Shown in pieces: positions 9,766 to 19,199 of a stretch of DNA of 64,000 nt. The DNA is from Candidatus Heimdallarchaeota archaeon. GTDB taxonomy: Archaea > Asgardarchaeota > Heimdallarchaeia > Heimdallarchaeales > Heimdallarchaeaceae. How positions within the stretch are numbered: the stretch's first letter is position 1; each line of letters starts with the position of its first letter. The position numbers and the translations under genes were made by a program. The stretch is from NCBI GenBank assembly GCA_018238545.1, contig JABCTC010000006.1, forward strand, positions 40,609-104,608. Direction: 5' to 3'. Below the pieces are notes generated by a model. The model ran no database searches. It saw nothing but the letters and a program-made list of their open reading frames with translations, and was not told where the DNA came from.

Positions 9766-10170
9766 ATGGGTAAAGTTATTGTATCGTCTGGAAAGAGAAA
9801 AACAGCAATTGCACGTGCAACTATTAAAGAAGGAAAAGGAAGAGTTAGAATAAATGGTGTTCCATTAGAAGTTCTACCCAATGAGCTGAAACGAGTAAAA
9901 ATAAATGAAGTATTCGTACTTGCGGGTGGTGAAAGAAGAGATTCTGTGGATGTCAAAGTTAAAGTAAAGGGAGGCGGATTTATGGGACAAGCTGAAGCCG
10001 TTCGTACGGCTATTGCAAGAGGTTTAATCGAATTTTTTGATGACATGGTTTTAAAAGAAGTTTTTGTCGCTTATGATAAAACAATCATTTCTGGTGATCC
10101 AAGAAGAACTGAACCTAAACATTTTGGTGGGAAAAGTTCACGTTCCAGATTTCAAAAATCCTACCGATAA
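9766..10170 (+). CDS. rps9: 30S ribosomal protein S9 (uS9)
   Basis: SGKRKTAIARA, GGGFMGQAEA, QKSYR end. Start moved to ATG 9766, which has an AGGTGA Shine-Dalgarno. Confidence 0.97.
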   Translation: MGKVIVSSGKRKTAIARATIKEGKGRVRINGVPLEVLPNELKRVKINEVFVLAGGERRDSVDVKVKVKGGGFMGQAEAVRTAIARGLIEFFDDMVLKEVFVAYDKTIISGDPRRTEPKHFGGKSSRSRFQKSYR

Positions 10171-10198
10171 CTTTTTCCCTTCCCTTATTTTATTTTAA

Positions 10199-11245
10199 GT
10201 GAATAAAATGTTGACTGTTCTAGATTGTTCTATGGGTGAAGGGGGCGGATCAGTTGTTCGCATTTCTGTTGCATTGGCAGCAGCTGCTAGCTCTTCCTTA
10301 AAACTGATTAATATAAGATCTAATAGATCAAATCCTGGTTTAAGAGCTCAACACCTTGAAGCAATAAATGCTTTAAGACAACTGTCTGGTTTTGAAATTG
10401 CTGGTGCAGAGTTGGGGAGTAAGGAAGTATATATTCACCAATATGGAAAAAGAAGAAATGAGGCAGCTGTGCACATAAATACAGCTGGAAGTATATCTCT
10501 CGTTGCTCAAGCAGTTCAATATTATGCATTGAATAGGGAGGTCGAAATAGGATTAAACATACAAGGTGGAGCTACTCATGGCAAATGGGCTCCTTCAATT
10601 GAATTCATCACAAATGTTACTTTTAAAATTCTTGAAAAAATGAACAAAGTAATCGATGTAAAGATAGATCGACACGGTTTTTTTCCAAAAGGTGGAGCGC
10701 AATCCTGTTTTATATTTCGCCCCCATGATAGGATATTACCCCTGAATTTAACGGAAAAAGGCATTTTAGAAGAAATACATATTTTTTCAACAGCTTCCTC
10801 TCATCTTGAGAAAAGGAAGGTGGCTGAAAGACAGCTAGATTCTTTTGTTAAATTAGCAAAATCAACAGTAAACGCTGTACATCACATAAATTATGTGGAT
10901 AGCATATCTCCTGGAAGTGGTTTAACAGTTGTGAATCAGTATTCAACGGGAACTTCAAAGGGATGTTTTGTTCAAGGAGAAAAATTATTAACGGCAGAAA
11001 CTGTTGGTAAAATGTGTTGGAGACAATGGAAAAGCTTAGAGCAAGACTCAGCAGCTGTTGATATTCATACAGCTGACCAACTTATCGTTCCCATGGCCTT
11101 AGCCGAAGGAAATTCAACAATAACAACAGCTAGATTAACTAATCACACCAAAACAAACATAGAACTAATTCAAAAATTCACCCATGCAGTTTTTAAAGTA
11201 AATAAAGAAAATGGACATTATCTCATATCTGTTAAACAGCCCTAG
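10199..11245 (+). CDS. rtcA: RNA 3'-terminal phosphate cyclase
   Basis: GEGGGSVVR, NIRSNRSNPGLRAQH, GGATH, VDIHTADQL (catalytic His). Confidence 0.93.
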   Translation: MNKMLTVLDCSMGEGGGSVVRISVALAAAASSSLKLINIRSNRSNPGLRAQHLEAINALRQLSGFEIAGAELGSKEVYIHQYGKRRNEAAVHINTAGSISLVAQAVQYYALNREVEIGLNIQGGATHGKWAPSIEFITNVTFKILEKMNKVIDVKIDRHGFFPKGGAQSCFIFRPHDRILPLNLTEKGILEEIHIFSTASSHLEKRKVAERQLDSFVKLAKSTVNAVHHINYVDSISPGSGLTVVNQYSTGTSKGCFVQGEKLLTAETVGKMCWRQWKSLEQDSAAVDIHTADQLIVPMALAEGNSTITTARLTNHTKTNIELIQKFTHAVFKVNKENGHYLISVKQP

Positions 11246-11421
11246 ACTAGCTGATTATTCATTTCTCGCTATTTCTTTCTTAACGACATATTTATATGAT
11301 GCTATACAAGTCGGAGTACGACATAAGAGTATAATTTCTATAAAAATTTACTCTATTGAATACGTTTAGTAATATAAACTAATCAAAGAAATATAAATGA
11401 AACATTAAGGACGTTGAAAAT

Positions 11422-12423
11422 ATGGGGCATAGAAGGGTAAGTGCTCCCCATCGAGGATCTCTAGGATATCGAAGGGTAAGAGCAAGAAGAACAGTACCTG
11501 CACCTCGCGCATGGCAAACATACGAGGGTGCTCCTAAGTTACTAGGTTTTCTTGGTATTAAAGCTGGAATGACACATTGCGAATATCTTGAAGATAGACC
11601 AAGAAGCCATTTAGTAAATAGGGAAGTTACTGTAGCGGTAACATGTATTGAAACACCACCAAATGTTGTATTTGGTTTACGTGGTTATAAAAAATCACCT
11701 TATGGTCTCAAAATTGTTGCTGATTTAATTACAACAGAGACAAAGGAAGAGCTTAAAAGAAGGGTTAAACTTCCTAAACAATACGATCTTGAGAAAGCAA
11801 AGAAAAATTTTGAAGACCACCTTGAGGAAATAGTTGAACTAAGAGCAATTGTTCATACTCAACCTTATCTCACAGGAGTTGGTATGAAGACGCCTCAAAT
11901 TGCAGAAATTAAAATTGGTTGCTCAAAAATTGAGGAAGGATATCAGTATGGTATTTCTCTTCTTGGGAAAGAAGTGCTTATTCGAGATGTATTCAAAGCT
12001 GGTGAATTTGTAGATTCTATTGGTGTAACAAAAGGAAAAGGTTTCCAAGGACCAGTAAAACGACATGGAATAAAAATCCTCCAACACAAGTCAAAAGCAA
12101 CTAAAAGGGGAGTAGGTTCAATCGGTCCATGGACACCTTCAAGAACAATGTGGACTATTCCAAGATCTGGTCAGATGGGTTTCAATATTAGAACCGAGTA
12201 TAACAAAAGGATAATGCAGATTGGTTCTGATGGATCACAAATCGTTCCTAAGGGAGGATTTGTAAGATACGGTGTTGTGAAAAACAATTACGTTTTGCTT
12301 AAAGGATCTGTTCCAGGTCCTAAAAAGCGTACAATTCTACTAAGAGAACCTGTTAGAAAAGCTCCACAACCTGAGAAAGAGCCACAAATACTCTATATCT
12401 CAACAAGGAGTCAACAAGGTTAG
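11422..12423 (+). CDS. rpl3: 50S ribosomal protein L3
   Basis: PHRGSLG, KAGMTH, TKGKGFQGPVKR, GSVPGPKKR. Confidence 0.98.
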   Translation: MGHRRVSAPHRGSLGYRRVRARRTVPAPRAWQTYEGAPKLLGFLGIKAGMTHCEYLEDRPRSHLVNREVTVAVTCIETPPNVVFGLRGYKKSPYGLKIVADLITTETKEELKRRVKLPKQYDLEKAKKNFEDHLEEIVELRAIVHTQPYLTGVGMKTPQIAEIKIGCSKIEEGYQYGISLLGKEVLIRDVFKAGEFVDSIGVTKGKGFQGPVKRHGIKILQHKSKATKRGVGSIGPWTPSRTMWTIPRSGQMGFNIRTEYNKRIMQIGSDGSQIVPKGGFVRYGVVKNNYVLLKGSVPGPKKRTILLREPVRKAPQPEKEPQILYISTRSQQG

Positions 12424-12439
12424 GATTGAGGCGATAAAG

Positions 12440-13237
12440 ATGAACACAAAAATATATTCCATCAAAGGAAAAAAACTTTCGGAAACAATTGAACTACCAG
12501 AAGTATTCCAAACACAATTGCGACCAGATATAATTAAAAGAGCTGTACTTGCTGAACAAACCTGGAAGAGACAGCCAAAAGGCGTTAGTCCTATGGCTGG
12601 AAAATCAGTTGCTGTTGAGAATTGGGGACCTGGTCGTGGTGCTGCAAGAGTTCCAAGAATAAAAGGTTCTAGAACACACAGTGCTCAACGAACAGCTTTT
12701 ATCCCACAAGCACGAGGCGGTCACAGGGCCCATCCTCCTAGAGCAGAGAAGAAGATAATAGAAAAAATCAATCGAAAGGAGCATCTAATTGCTTTGAAAT
12801 CTGCTATAGCATATACAGCACAAAAAGAATCGGTGGGTCAAAGAGGGCATCGTTTTGATGATAAAACTGACTTCCCAATTGTTATTGAGTCAAAAGCAGA
12901 AGAACTGGCAAAGACTCAAGAGGTTGTTACACTGTTAGATAATTTAGGTCTATCTTTGGAATTATTAAGGGTGAAATTTGGTAAAAATGTTCGCCCTGGC
13001 AAAGGCAAAGGAAGAGGGCGTAAATACAAAGTACCTGTTGGTCCTTTAATAGTAGTAAGTAATAGTGAATGTTCTTTGGTCAAAGCAGGAAGAAATATTT
13101 TAGGTACCAATGTTGTTACTGTAAACAAACTTACAACTGAACTTTTAGCTCCAGGAACTCAACCTGGAAGACTAACAATCTGGACAGAAGATGCAATAAA
13201 ATCTTTGAATGAACGCTTTATTTCAGGTGATAAATAA
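12440..13237 (+). CDS. rpl4: 50S ribosomal protein L4
   Basis: RPDIIKRAV, WGPGRGAARVPR, LAPGTQPGRLTIWT. Confidence 0.98.
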   Translation: MNTKIYSIKGKKLSETIELPEVFQTQLRPDIIKRAVLAEQTWKRQPKGVSPMAGKSVAVENWGPGRGAARVPRIKGSRTHSAQRTAFIPQARGGHRAHPPRAEKKIIEKINRKEHLIALKSAIAYTAQKESVGQRGHRFDDKTDFPIVIESKAEELAKTQEVVTLLDNLGLSLELLRVKFGKNVRPGKGKGRGRKYKVPVGPLIVVSNSECSLVKAGRNILGTNVVTVNKLTTELLAPGTQPGRLTIWTEDAIKSLNERFISGDK

Positions 13238-13497
13238 TGGATCCGTACAAAATAATAGTAAAACCCCTTATCTCTGAAAAAGACTTCGAGTTAATTGAGA
13301 AAGAGAACAAGTTAGTTATCCAAGTTGCTCTGACCGCTACTAAGCACCAAATTAAAGAGGCGATGGAAAAATTGTACGAGGTTCAAGTTCTCAAAGTAAA
13401 CACCTTGATCACACCAAAAGGAACAAAGAAAGCTTATGTAAAACTAAGCGAATTCGATGATGCTGCAGATATAGCTTCACGAATGGGATTATTCTAA
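13237..13497 (+). CDS. rpl23: 50S ribosomal protein L23
   Basis: KVNTLITPKGTKKAYVKL; operon position. Confidence 0.97.
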   Translation: MDPYKIIVKPLISEKDFELIEKENKLVIQVALTATKHQIKEAMEKLYEVQVLKVNTLITPKGTKKAYVKLSEFDDAADIASRMGLF

Positions 13498-13511
13498 AGG
13501 AAGTGAATTAG

Positions 13512-14249
13512 ATGGGTAAGAAAATATTAGTCCAAAGACGAGGTAGAGGAACATCACAATTCCGAGCTGCTTCCCATAAGAGAAAAGGTAGTGTCAAATA
13601 TAGAAAAATTACCAAAATTGAATATACTGACGAAATAATAATCGGTTCAGTAAAGGATATTGTACATGACCCTGGAAGAGGAGCGCCTGTAGCAATAGTT
13701 CTTTTTCAAGATGGATTGAAAAAAGTGATACTGCCCTCTGAAGGATTAAGAGTAGGACAAACTATCGAATATGGTACTGGTGCATCAGCTGTTATCGGTA
13801 ATACAATCCCCTTACAAGCAATTCCTGATGGATCTCCTGTCTTCAATATAGAATTAACCCCTGGAGATGGAGGTCGTTTAATCCGATCTAGTGGCGGATA
13901 TGCAACTATCTTAGGTCGTGATAAAGGAAAAGTAACTCTTCAATTACCAAGTGGTGAAATGAAAGAAATTCCTCAAAGGTGCCGAGCAACAATTGGTATT
14001 GTGGCAGGCGGAGGAAGAACCGAAAAACCATTTGTTAAAGCAGGAAATAAACATCATCTCAAAAAAGCAAAAGGGCATTATTATCCAAGAGTGAGAGGTG
14101 TTGCTATGAATGCGGTTTCTCATCCACATGGTGGTGGTGCACATCAAAGCCCTCCACGTGCAACAACCGTTTCAAGACATGCTCAACCTGGAAGAAAAGT
14201 TGGTCTTATTGCAGCAAGAAGAAGTGGAAGAAGAAGAGGCAAGAAATAA
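13512..14249 (+). CDS. rpl2: 50S ribosomal protein L2
   Basis: QRRGRG, HDPGRGAP, VRGVAMNAVSHPHGGG. Confidence 0.98.
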   Translation: MGKKILVQRRGRGTSQFRAASHKRKGSVKYRKITKIEYTDEIIIGSVKDIVHDPGRGAPVAIVLFQDGLKKVILPSEGLRVGQTIEYGTGASAVIGNTIPLQAIPDGSPVFNIELTPGDGGRLIRSSGGYATILGRDKGKVTLQLPSGEMKEIPQRCRATIGIVAGGGRTEKPFVKAGNKHHLKKAKGHYYPRVRGVAMNAVSHPHGGGAHQSPPRATTVSRHAQPGRKVGLIAARRSGRRRGKK

Positions 14250-14339
14250 TTTTGCCCTTTTATTTTTTATTTTTACATTTTTTAATAAACATAGTCATTA
14301 AAAACCCAAGGCTAAGATATATTGATAAGGAGTATTAGA

Positions 14340-15083
14340 ATGACAAGTAAGAAAACATACGGAGATGTCGAGTTTATATTTGAAAAACCTCAAAACTTTG
14401 AAGGTTGTGTTCTCTTAAACGGATGGCATGGGATCGGAGAATGTGGCTTTATATCGATGAGTCATTTAGTTGAAAACCTAGGATTAGAACGCATCGGTTT
14501 CATCATTACAAATAACCTACCTCAGTTTATTTCTATCAAAAATGAGCAAATTACTTTTCCATTTGAAATTTATCGCAAAGATAATTTAGTCGTAATATTG
14601 CCCATTTTTGAACCAATAAAATCTGAACATTTGCTTTTTACCAAAACTATTGTTGAATGGTCTATTGAAGAGAAATTCCAACAGGCTATTCTTATTGGCG
14701 GGTTGGATAAGCGTTTGCAAGGTGAACATGCTGTCAAGGGGATTTACACCCGTTCTTTCAAAAGGGACACTTCTATTTCTTCTATCCCTGTTCTTGATGA
14801 AGGACTATATGTAACTGGTCCCTTAGCTTACATGCTCATGTTTTACGAGCTCAATCAATTCCCCGCTGTAGCTCTCTTACCATATGCGGAAAGATCACGA
14901 CCTGATCCTGTTGCCGCAAGTGTAGCAATAGAACAGATCAATCTCTTATTAGGTATTGGAATTGACACAGAAGGATTGCTGAAAGAAGCAGAAAAGATAG
15001 AGAAGGAAATCGAGTCGTTAATCCAAGCAAGCAAACCTACAAGGGATAGAGATAAAGATTCTGATCAAGGAATGTTTGTGTAG
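14340..15083 (+). CDS. Proteasome assembly chaperone PAC2/PbaA-B family protein
   Basis: GWHGIGECGFI, FPFEIY, ILIGGLD, TGPLAYML, PDPVAAS, LLKEAEKIEKEI; start placed at ATG 14340. Confidence 0.85.
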   Translation: MTSKKTYGDVEFIFEKPQNFEGCVLLNGWHGIGECGFISMSHLVENLGLERIGFIITNNLPQFISIKNEQITFPFEIYRKDNLVVILPIFEPIKSEHLLFTKTIVEWSIEEKFQQAILIGGLDKRLQGEHAVKGIYTRSFKRDTSISSIPVLDEGLYVTGPLAYMLMFYELNQFPAVALLPYAERSRPDPVAASVAIEQINLLLGIGIDTEGLLKEAEKIEKEIESLIQASKPTRDRDKDSDQGMFV

Positions 15084-15097
15084 ACGAATAAAAAAAG

Positions 15098-15190
15098 TGG
15101 CGGACCAGACAGGATTTGAACCTGCGAACCCCGGCTTTCTTCAATAGATTTCCGGAGGCCGGTGCCTTATCCAGACTAGACTACTGGTCC
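15098..15190 (-). tRNA. tRNA-Arg(CCG) with a 15-nt intron at 37/38 (intron 15137-15151), CCA encoded
   Basis: Reverse complement GGACCAG...CCGGC-CT-CCG-G[AAATCTATTGAAGAA]A-GCCGG...GGTTCAAATCC...CTGGTCC-GCCA. Confidence 0.93.
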
Positions 15191-15246
15191 ATTTTCTTTT
15201 TCAAATAATGTAGAATTTATTAAAACTAATTCATTGGTATAAAAAA

Positions 15247-16362
15247 CTAAATGTCGTAAGAGAAATCCTCCTCCTCTTGGAGTAGAAACTCTTCAGAAAT
15301 TGACAATTTAGCAACATCTTTGAATTTTTCTTTGGTTTTGAGCATAGTTAACACCATAGTCTTCAAAGCTTCTACAAGTTCTTCTAATCCCTTACCTTCC
15401 ATAGTAGAAACGTGATATTCCGTTTTGAACTCAGCTTTAGCTTCTTTAATTTGCTCGTCAGTGAGCAGGTCTACTTTGTTAAGTACTCTAATAGTAGGAT
15501 TATCACTGAACTCATTGGAAATATCCTCAAGCAAATTATTCTGTTCTTTAGCAGATAATTCGGCCTTTTTTGAGTAATCAAACATGTATACAATAACATC
15601 TGAAATATGCTTGATTGAAGCAATACTTTGAAGTTCAATTAAACTGCGTTCATCAAAAGGACGATCAAGTAAACCAGGTGTATCAACAATCTGAACGAGA
15701 GTTAAGCCAAAATTTGCATGACCAAACACTATCTGTTTTGTAGTAAAAGGATATTCACCCACTTCAGGTGATCCTGAGGAAATACACCTAACAAGAGAAG
15801 ATTTACCAACATTAGGGGCACCAGCAATGACTATCGTAGGGAGGATAGTATTAAAATCGGGTACAGATTTCAATTTTTTAACAATTCGGATAAGATACTT
15901 CACATCTCCACGAGCCTTTTTAACAAGAGACACATATCTACCTCCTGTTTCCTTTCTTATTGAAGCCATAACAATAGGGTGATTTGTATCATTTAGTTTC
16001 TGTAATTGTTCCCTCTCAATTTCACGTAACTGATTAGACATGCCTTTTAATCTGCCAAGTACCTTCTTGATTTTGTCAACACTCCCCACTAAATTACAAA
16101 GTTCTTGATAAAATGGATGAATATCTTCAACCCAAGGAAACAGATTAATTATGCTATCAATCTTTCTGGTTAATTCATCTGTTAAGGTATTAATTCTATC
16201 TTTTTCAAGAAAAGAAAGTTTTTGTTCTCTGCTAATTCTTTTCTTAATACGTGTTCGTCTAATAGCTTGGCTTTGTTGAAAAGCATTGTCTATGATTTCA
16301 TCTATGGGAGAGATATAAGTAACCCTTCTAAACGGGTTGCTTGTTTTAGGGTCATTTTTCAA
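15247..16362 (-). CDS. NOG1-family GTP-binding protein
   Basis: IHPFYQEL, GAPNVGKSSL, YPFTTK, DTPGLLDRP, NKVD. Confidence 0.93.
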   Translation of the reverse strand: MKNDPKTSNPFRRVTYISPIDEIIDNAFQQSQAIRRTRIKKRISREQKLSFLEKDRINTLTDELTRKIDSIINLFPWVEDIHPFYQELCNLVGSVDKIKKVLGRLKGMSNQLREIEREQLQKLNDTNHPIVMASIRKETGGRYVSLVKKARGDVKYLIRIVKKLKSVPDFNTILPTIVIAGAPNVGKSSLVRCISSGSPEVGEYPFTTKQIVFGHANFGLTLVQIVDTPGLLDRPFDERSLIELQSIASIKHISDVIVYMFDYSKKAELSAKEQNNLLEDISNEFSDNPTIRVLNKVDLLTDEQIKEAKAEFKTEYHVSTMEGKGLEELVEALKTMVLTMLKTKEKFKDVAKLSISEEFLLQEEEDFSYDI

Positions 16363-16364
16363 TA

Positions 16365-17486
16365 TTAATCACTTTCTGAATCTAGCACTGTCATGTCAAT
16401 TTCGTGTTCAAAGTACTTGGGAAGACACTTTATTACTTCTTTTCGTTGAGTTTTATGTTTTTCTTGATACTTCAGTACCATCTCAAGTAAACGGGGCTTA
16501 CAATCAAGACCACAAATAAGTTTACCACCTAAACAGCCTTGACGAGTTTCCTCTAAATCATCATCATCTTGAATGAAAAATTTTTCAAACCAATCAAAAA
16601 TTGTACAAATGGTAGGATTTGCTCCAAGTTCTCTTTGTTCTTTAACTGTAGTTCTTCCACCAGTGAAAGCGCCCATTATCTTTTTCTTTACAGTCTTAGG
16701 ATCATCTCTTAGGAAAACACATGTTTCAGGAGATGATGAAGACATAGGTCCCCCTGTAAGACCCTTCATATACCTGATGTATAAAGAGGCGGGCAAAGTA
16801 ATTTTACGCTTTCGAGCAATGTCTCGAGTTAAGCGCATGTATACATCCTGATCAAGACCAATTGGAACAACAACTGGAAAATCATCATCTACAGAGGGCT
16901 GGAGAATATGAGCTGCTTGAATGCAGGCATAATAAACAATACCCGCATTTTCCTCACCAGTTAGACCTAAGGCAGCTTTAATGGCATTATATGTTTGGTT
17001 AATAGAAAACGTCAAAGCAAGATAATGGATTCTTGGTGTAACACTGGAAATGTAGGCATGAACATTATTAGGATTAAAACCTACTGCAAAAATGTCAATA
17101 GCATTCTCCAAAGCAGGTTTATATGTATTTTCCAAGTTTTCAACTTTGCGAAAAACATACTTCTCGTCATCAGATAGGGGCATATAAAATTTACAATCAT
17201 ATTTCTTTTGCAAGTAACGTATTAATTCAAAAAGAATCAAATGACCAAAATGTAAATCGTTTGATGGACCACGACCGCTGATAATGGCAAATCCTTTGTT
17301 TTGTTCAATTCTGCTAAGGATTTTATCAAAGTCTCTATGTGCAAAGACTACTCCTCTCCTAAATAACAAGTGATCCTCTCCTATTCGAGGTAAAACATTA
17401 TCTATTTTAGCAATACCAAACTCTTTGAGAATAGTTTCGTAATCCGTCCTTTTCTCTATCTCTCTATTTTCTACAATCTTGCTCAT
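16365..17486 (-). CDS. trpS: Tryptophanyl-tRNA synthetase (archaeal/eukaryotic type)
   Basis: RRGVVFAHRD, SGRGPSNDLHFGH (HIGH), PIGLDQD, PMSSS, AFTGGR; ATG 17486 follows an AGGTG Shine-Dalgarno. Confidence 0.95.
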   Translation of the reverse strand: MSKIVENREIEKRTDYETILKEFGIAKIDNVLPRIGEDHLLFRRGVVFAHRDFDKILSRIEQNKGFAIISGRGPSNDLHFGHLILFELIRYLQKKYDCKFYMPLSDDEKYVFRKVENLENTYKPALENAIDIFAVGFNPNNVHAYISSVTPRIHYLALTFSINQTYNAIKAALGLTGEENAGIVYYACIQAAHILQPSVDDDFPVVVPIGLDQDVYMRLTRDIARKRKITLPASLYIRYMKGLTGGPMSSSSPETCVFLRDDPKTVKKKIMGAFTGGRTTVKEQRELGANPTICTIFDWFEKFFIQDDDDLEETRQGCLGGKLICGLDCKPRLLEMVLKYQEKHKTQRKEVIKCLPKYFEHEIDMTVLDSESD

Positions 17487-17532
17487 TCTAAACACCTTTT
17501 ACAAAATGAGAATAAAATACTTTTCAAAGAAT

Positions 17533-17613
17533 AGCGATTTGGTCTGTCCCCTATAGAAATTTTGCAGTTGATAAAACAGGGGAAAGTCAATGCCAGTCCA
17601 AGTTACCACGCTC
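17533..17613 (-). ncRNA. Candidate structured 5' leader of trpS
   Basis: Nested stems AGCG/CGCU, UUGG/CCAA, CUG/CAG and UCCCCUGU/AUAGGGGA; GC-rich within an AT-rich spacer. Confidence 0.4.
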
Positions 17614-17634
17614 AATATCTTTTTACAAAAAAGT

Positions 17635-17643
17635 CTTTATAAG
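17635..17643. promoter_or_regulatory. Candidate bidirectional TATA box between trpS and the ADP-kinase gene
   Basis: CTTTATAAG lies ~21-28 nt before the kinase ATG (+) and ~22-29 nt before the 5' end of a hairpin on the - strand. Confidence 0.45.
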
Positions 17644-17663
17644 ATTGTCGAACAAATAAAATA

Positions 17664-19088
17664 ATGATGGAAACTTGGAAAAAGATCTATCTAGAAGCAT
17701 CAAAATCGATTGACGATGATAGTATTCGTTCCAAAGGTGTCATATTAGGATTTAATGTCAACATAGACAAAGTTATCAAAATAACTCCTGAAATCCTCTC
17801 AAATATTCCACAGACAACTAGAGTAAAAAATAGATTATCAGGCAATAGTAGTCCAAAAGTAATTACGAATATTGAAGAATTGCTTATTTGTCTACTTCAA
17901 TCAATTAACGAAGGTAAAGCAGATGAGGTTCTCATAAGTTCAGATGAGGTTGCTATCTGGATAGAGGAGCACTTTGTGATCTCAAGAACATTGTTGGGGG
18001 GTCAAGCAGGAATAATGGCAAACCTGTTGAGAAAAATTGAAGTAAATCCGGTATTGTTAAGCATGCCAATTTCAAGTCCCAATTTAACTAAATTGCTTGA
18101 TTCATCAATTATTGACCCAATTACAAGCTATGATAAATTTCAATTAGAATCAAAAAATGCTTCAGAGAAGATCGAACCAATAACACACTATGTTTTTGAG
18201 TTCTCTAAAGGTCAGTATTCGGTCGGTGACAGGATAATTAATTGCGAAAGATCAAACCGCTTTATTGGTTCATATGATAAAATAAATTCCCTACTTATGT
18301 TTTCAGAGGAATTTAGTGAATATAGTATTAATAACATATCAAATTATACCTTATGTGTTATAGCAGGATTTCATCTCATTAATTTGGGAAATAGTTCTTC
18401 TAAATCTTATGCAGAGTTTTTCGAACCTGTACTAAGTTTAATAAGAAAATGGAAAGAAAGAAAACCTTCTCTAATTGTTCATCTAGAACTTGCTGCAGTA
18501 AAAGATGGTGTTTTGAAACAAGCGATAATTGATAATCTATTTACAGTTGTTGATTCTATTGGATTAAATGAACAAGAACTTGTATCTTTTCTACATTGTA
18601 TTGATAAATCTCTTTCAATATCTTTGCATTCAACCATGTCTTCGATTAATATATTCAAAGGAATGCACGCTATTTTTTCCAAGTACCCTCACATCCGGCT
18701 ACATCTTCACTATCTTGATTATTTTTTGCTTTTATCCCCTTTAATCTCAGAAGAATCTGCTCTTATGCGAAAAAATTCATTGGTTATTTCTTCACTTTTT
18801 GCTGCAACTAAAGCAAAAAACGGAAGTATAGATAGATTATCAGACACAAAACTGATTGATTATAATATATCGAAAAAAGGTTTAGAAGAGTTGCAGAATC
18901 TAGAAAATTATCTAGTAAACGAACGGGATGGTGATAATAGTTTCATAAATAATGGTTACATACAAACAAAATCATTTACTATGGTTGGAACCCCAACCAT
19001 AGTTGTACCATCTCCAAAGTACTTGGTAGGCCTTGGAGATACTATTTCTCTGGTGTCACTTTTGTATGAATTCAATAAACTTGACTAA
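17664..19088 (+). CDS. ADP-dependent glucokinase/phosphofructokinase
   Basis: GFNVNID, GGQAGIMANL, RSNRFI, HLELA, SIGLNEQEL, VGLGDTIS. Confidence 0.93.
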   Translation: MMETWKKIYLEASKSIDDDSIRSKGVILGFNVNIDKVIKITPEILSNIPQTTRVKNRLSGNSSPKVITNIEELLICLLQSINEGKADEVLISSDEVAIWIEEHFVISRTLLGGQAGIMANLLRKIEVNPVLLSMPISSPNLTKLLDSSIIDPITSYDKFQLESKNASEKIEPITHYVFEFSKGQYSVGDRIINCERSNRFIGSYDKINSLLMFSEEFSEYSINNISNYTLCVIAGFHLINLGNSSSKSYAEFFEPVLSLIRKWKERKPSLIVHLELAAVKDGVLKQAIIDNLFTVVDSIGLNEQELVSFLHCIDKSLSISLHSTMSSINIFKGMHAIFSKYPHIRLHLHYLDYFLLLSPLISEESALMRKNSLVISSLFAATKAKNGSIDRLSDTKLIDYNISKKGLEELQNLENYLVNERDGDNSFINNGYIQTKSFTMVGTPTIVVPSPKYLVGLGDTISLVSLLYEFNKLD

Positions 19089-19199
19089 TCAGAGAGAACA
19101 TTATTCGCTGTTTTAGTAAATGCTAATTGATTTCTCGGTGTTTAAATAACTTCTTCTAATAAAGATAATGAGTTTCAATTCAAATTAAATAATTCGAAG

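Noticed and set aside
11305-11360. Small hairpins upstream of rpl3 as an autoregulatory leader
   Set aside because: Stems are short and AT-rich, and partly upstream of the likely TSS; insufficient support.
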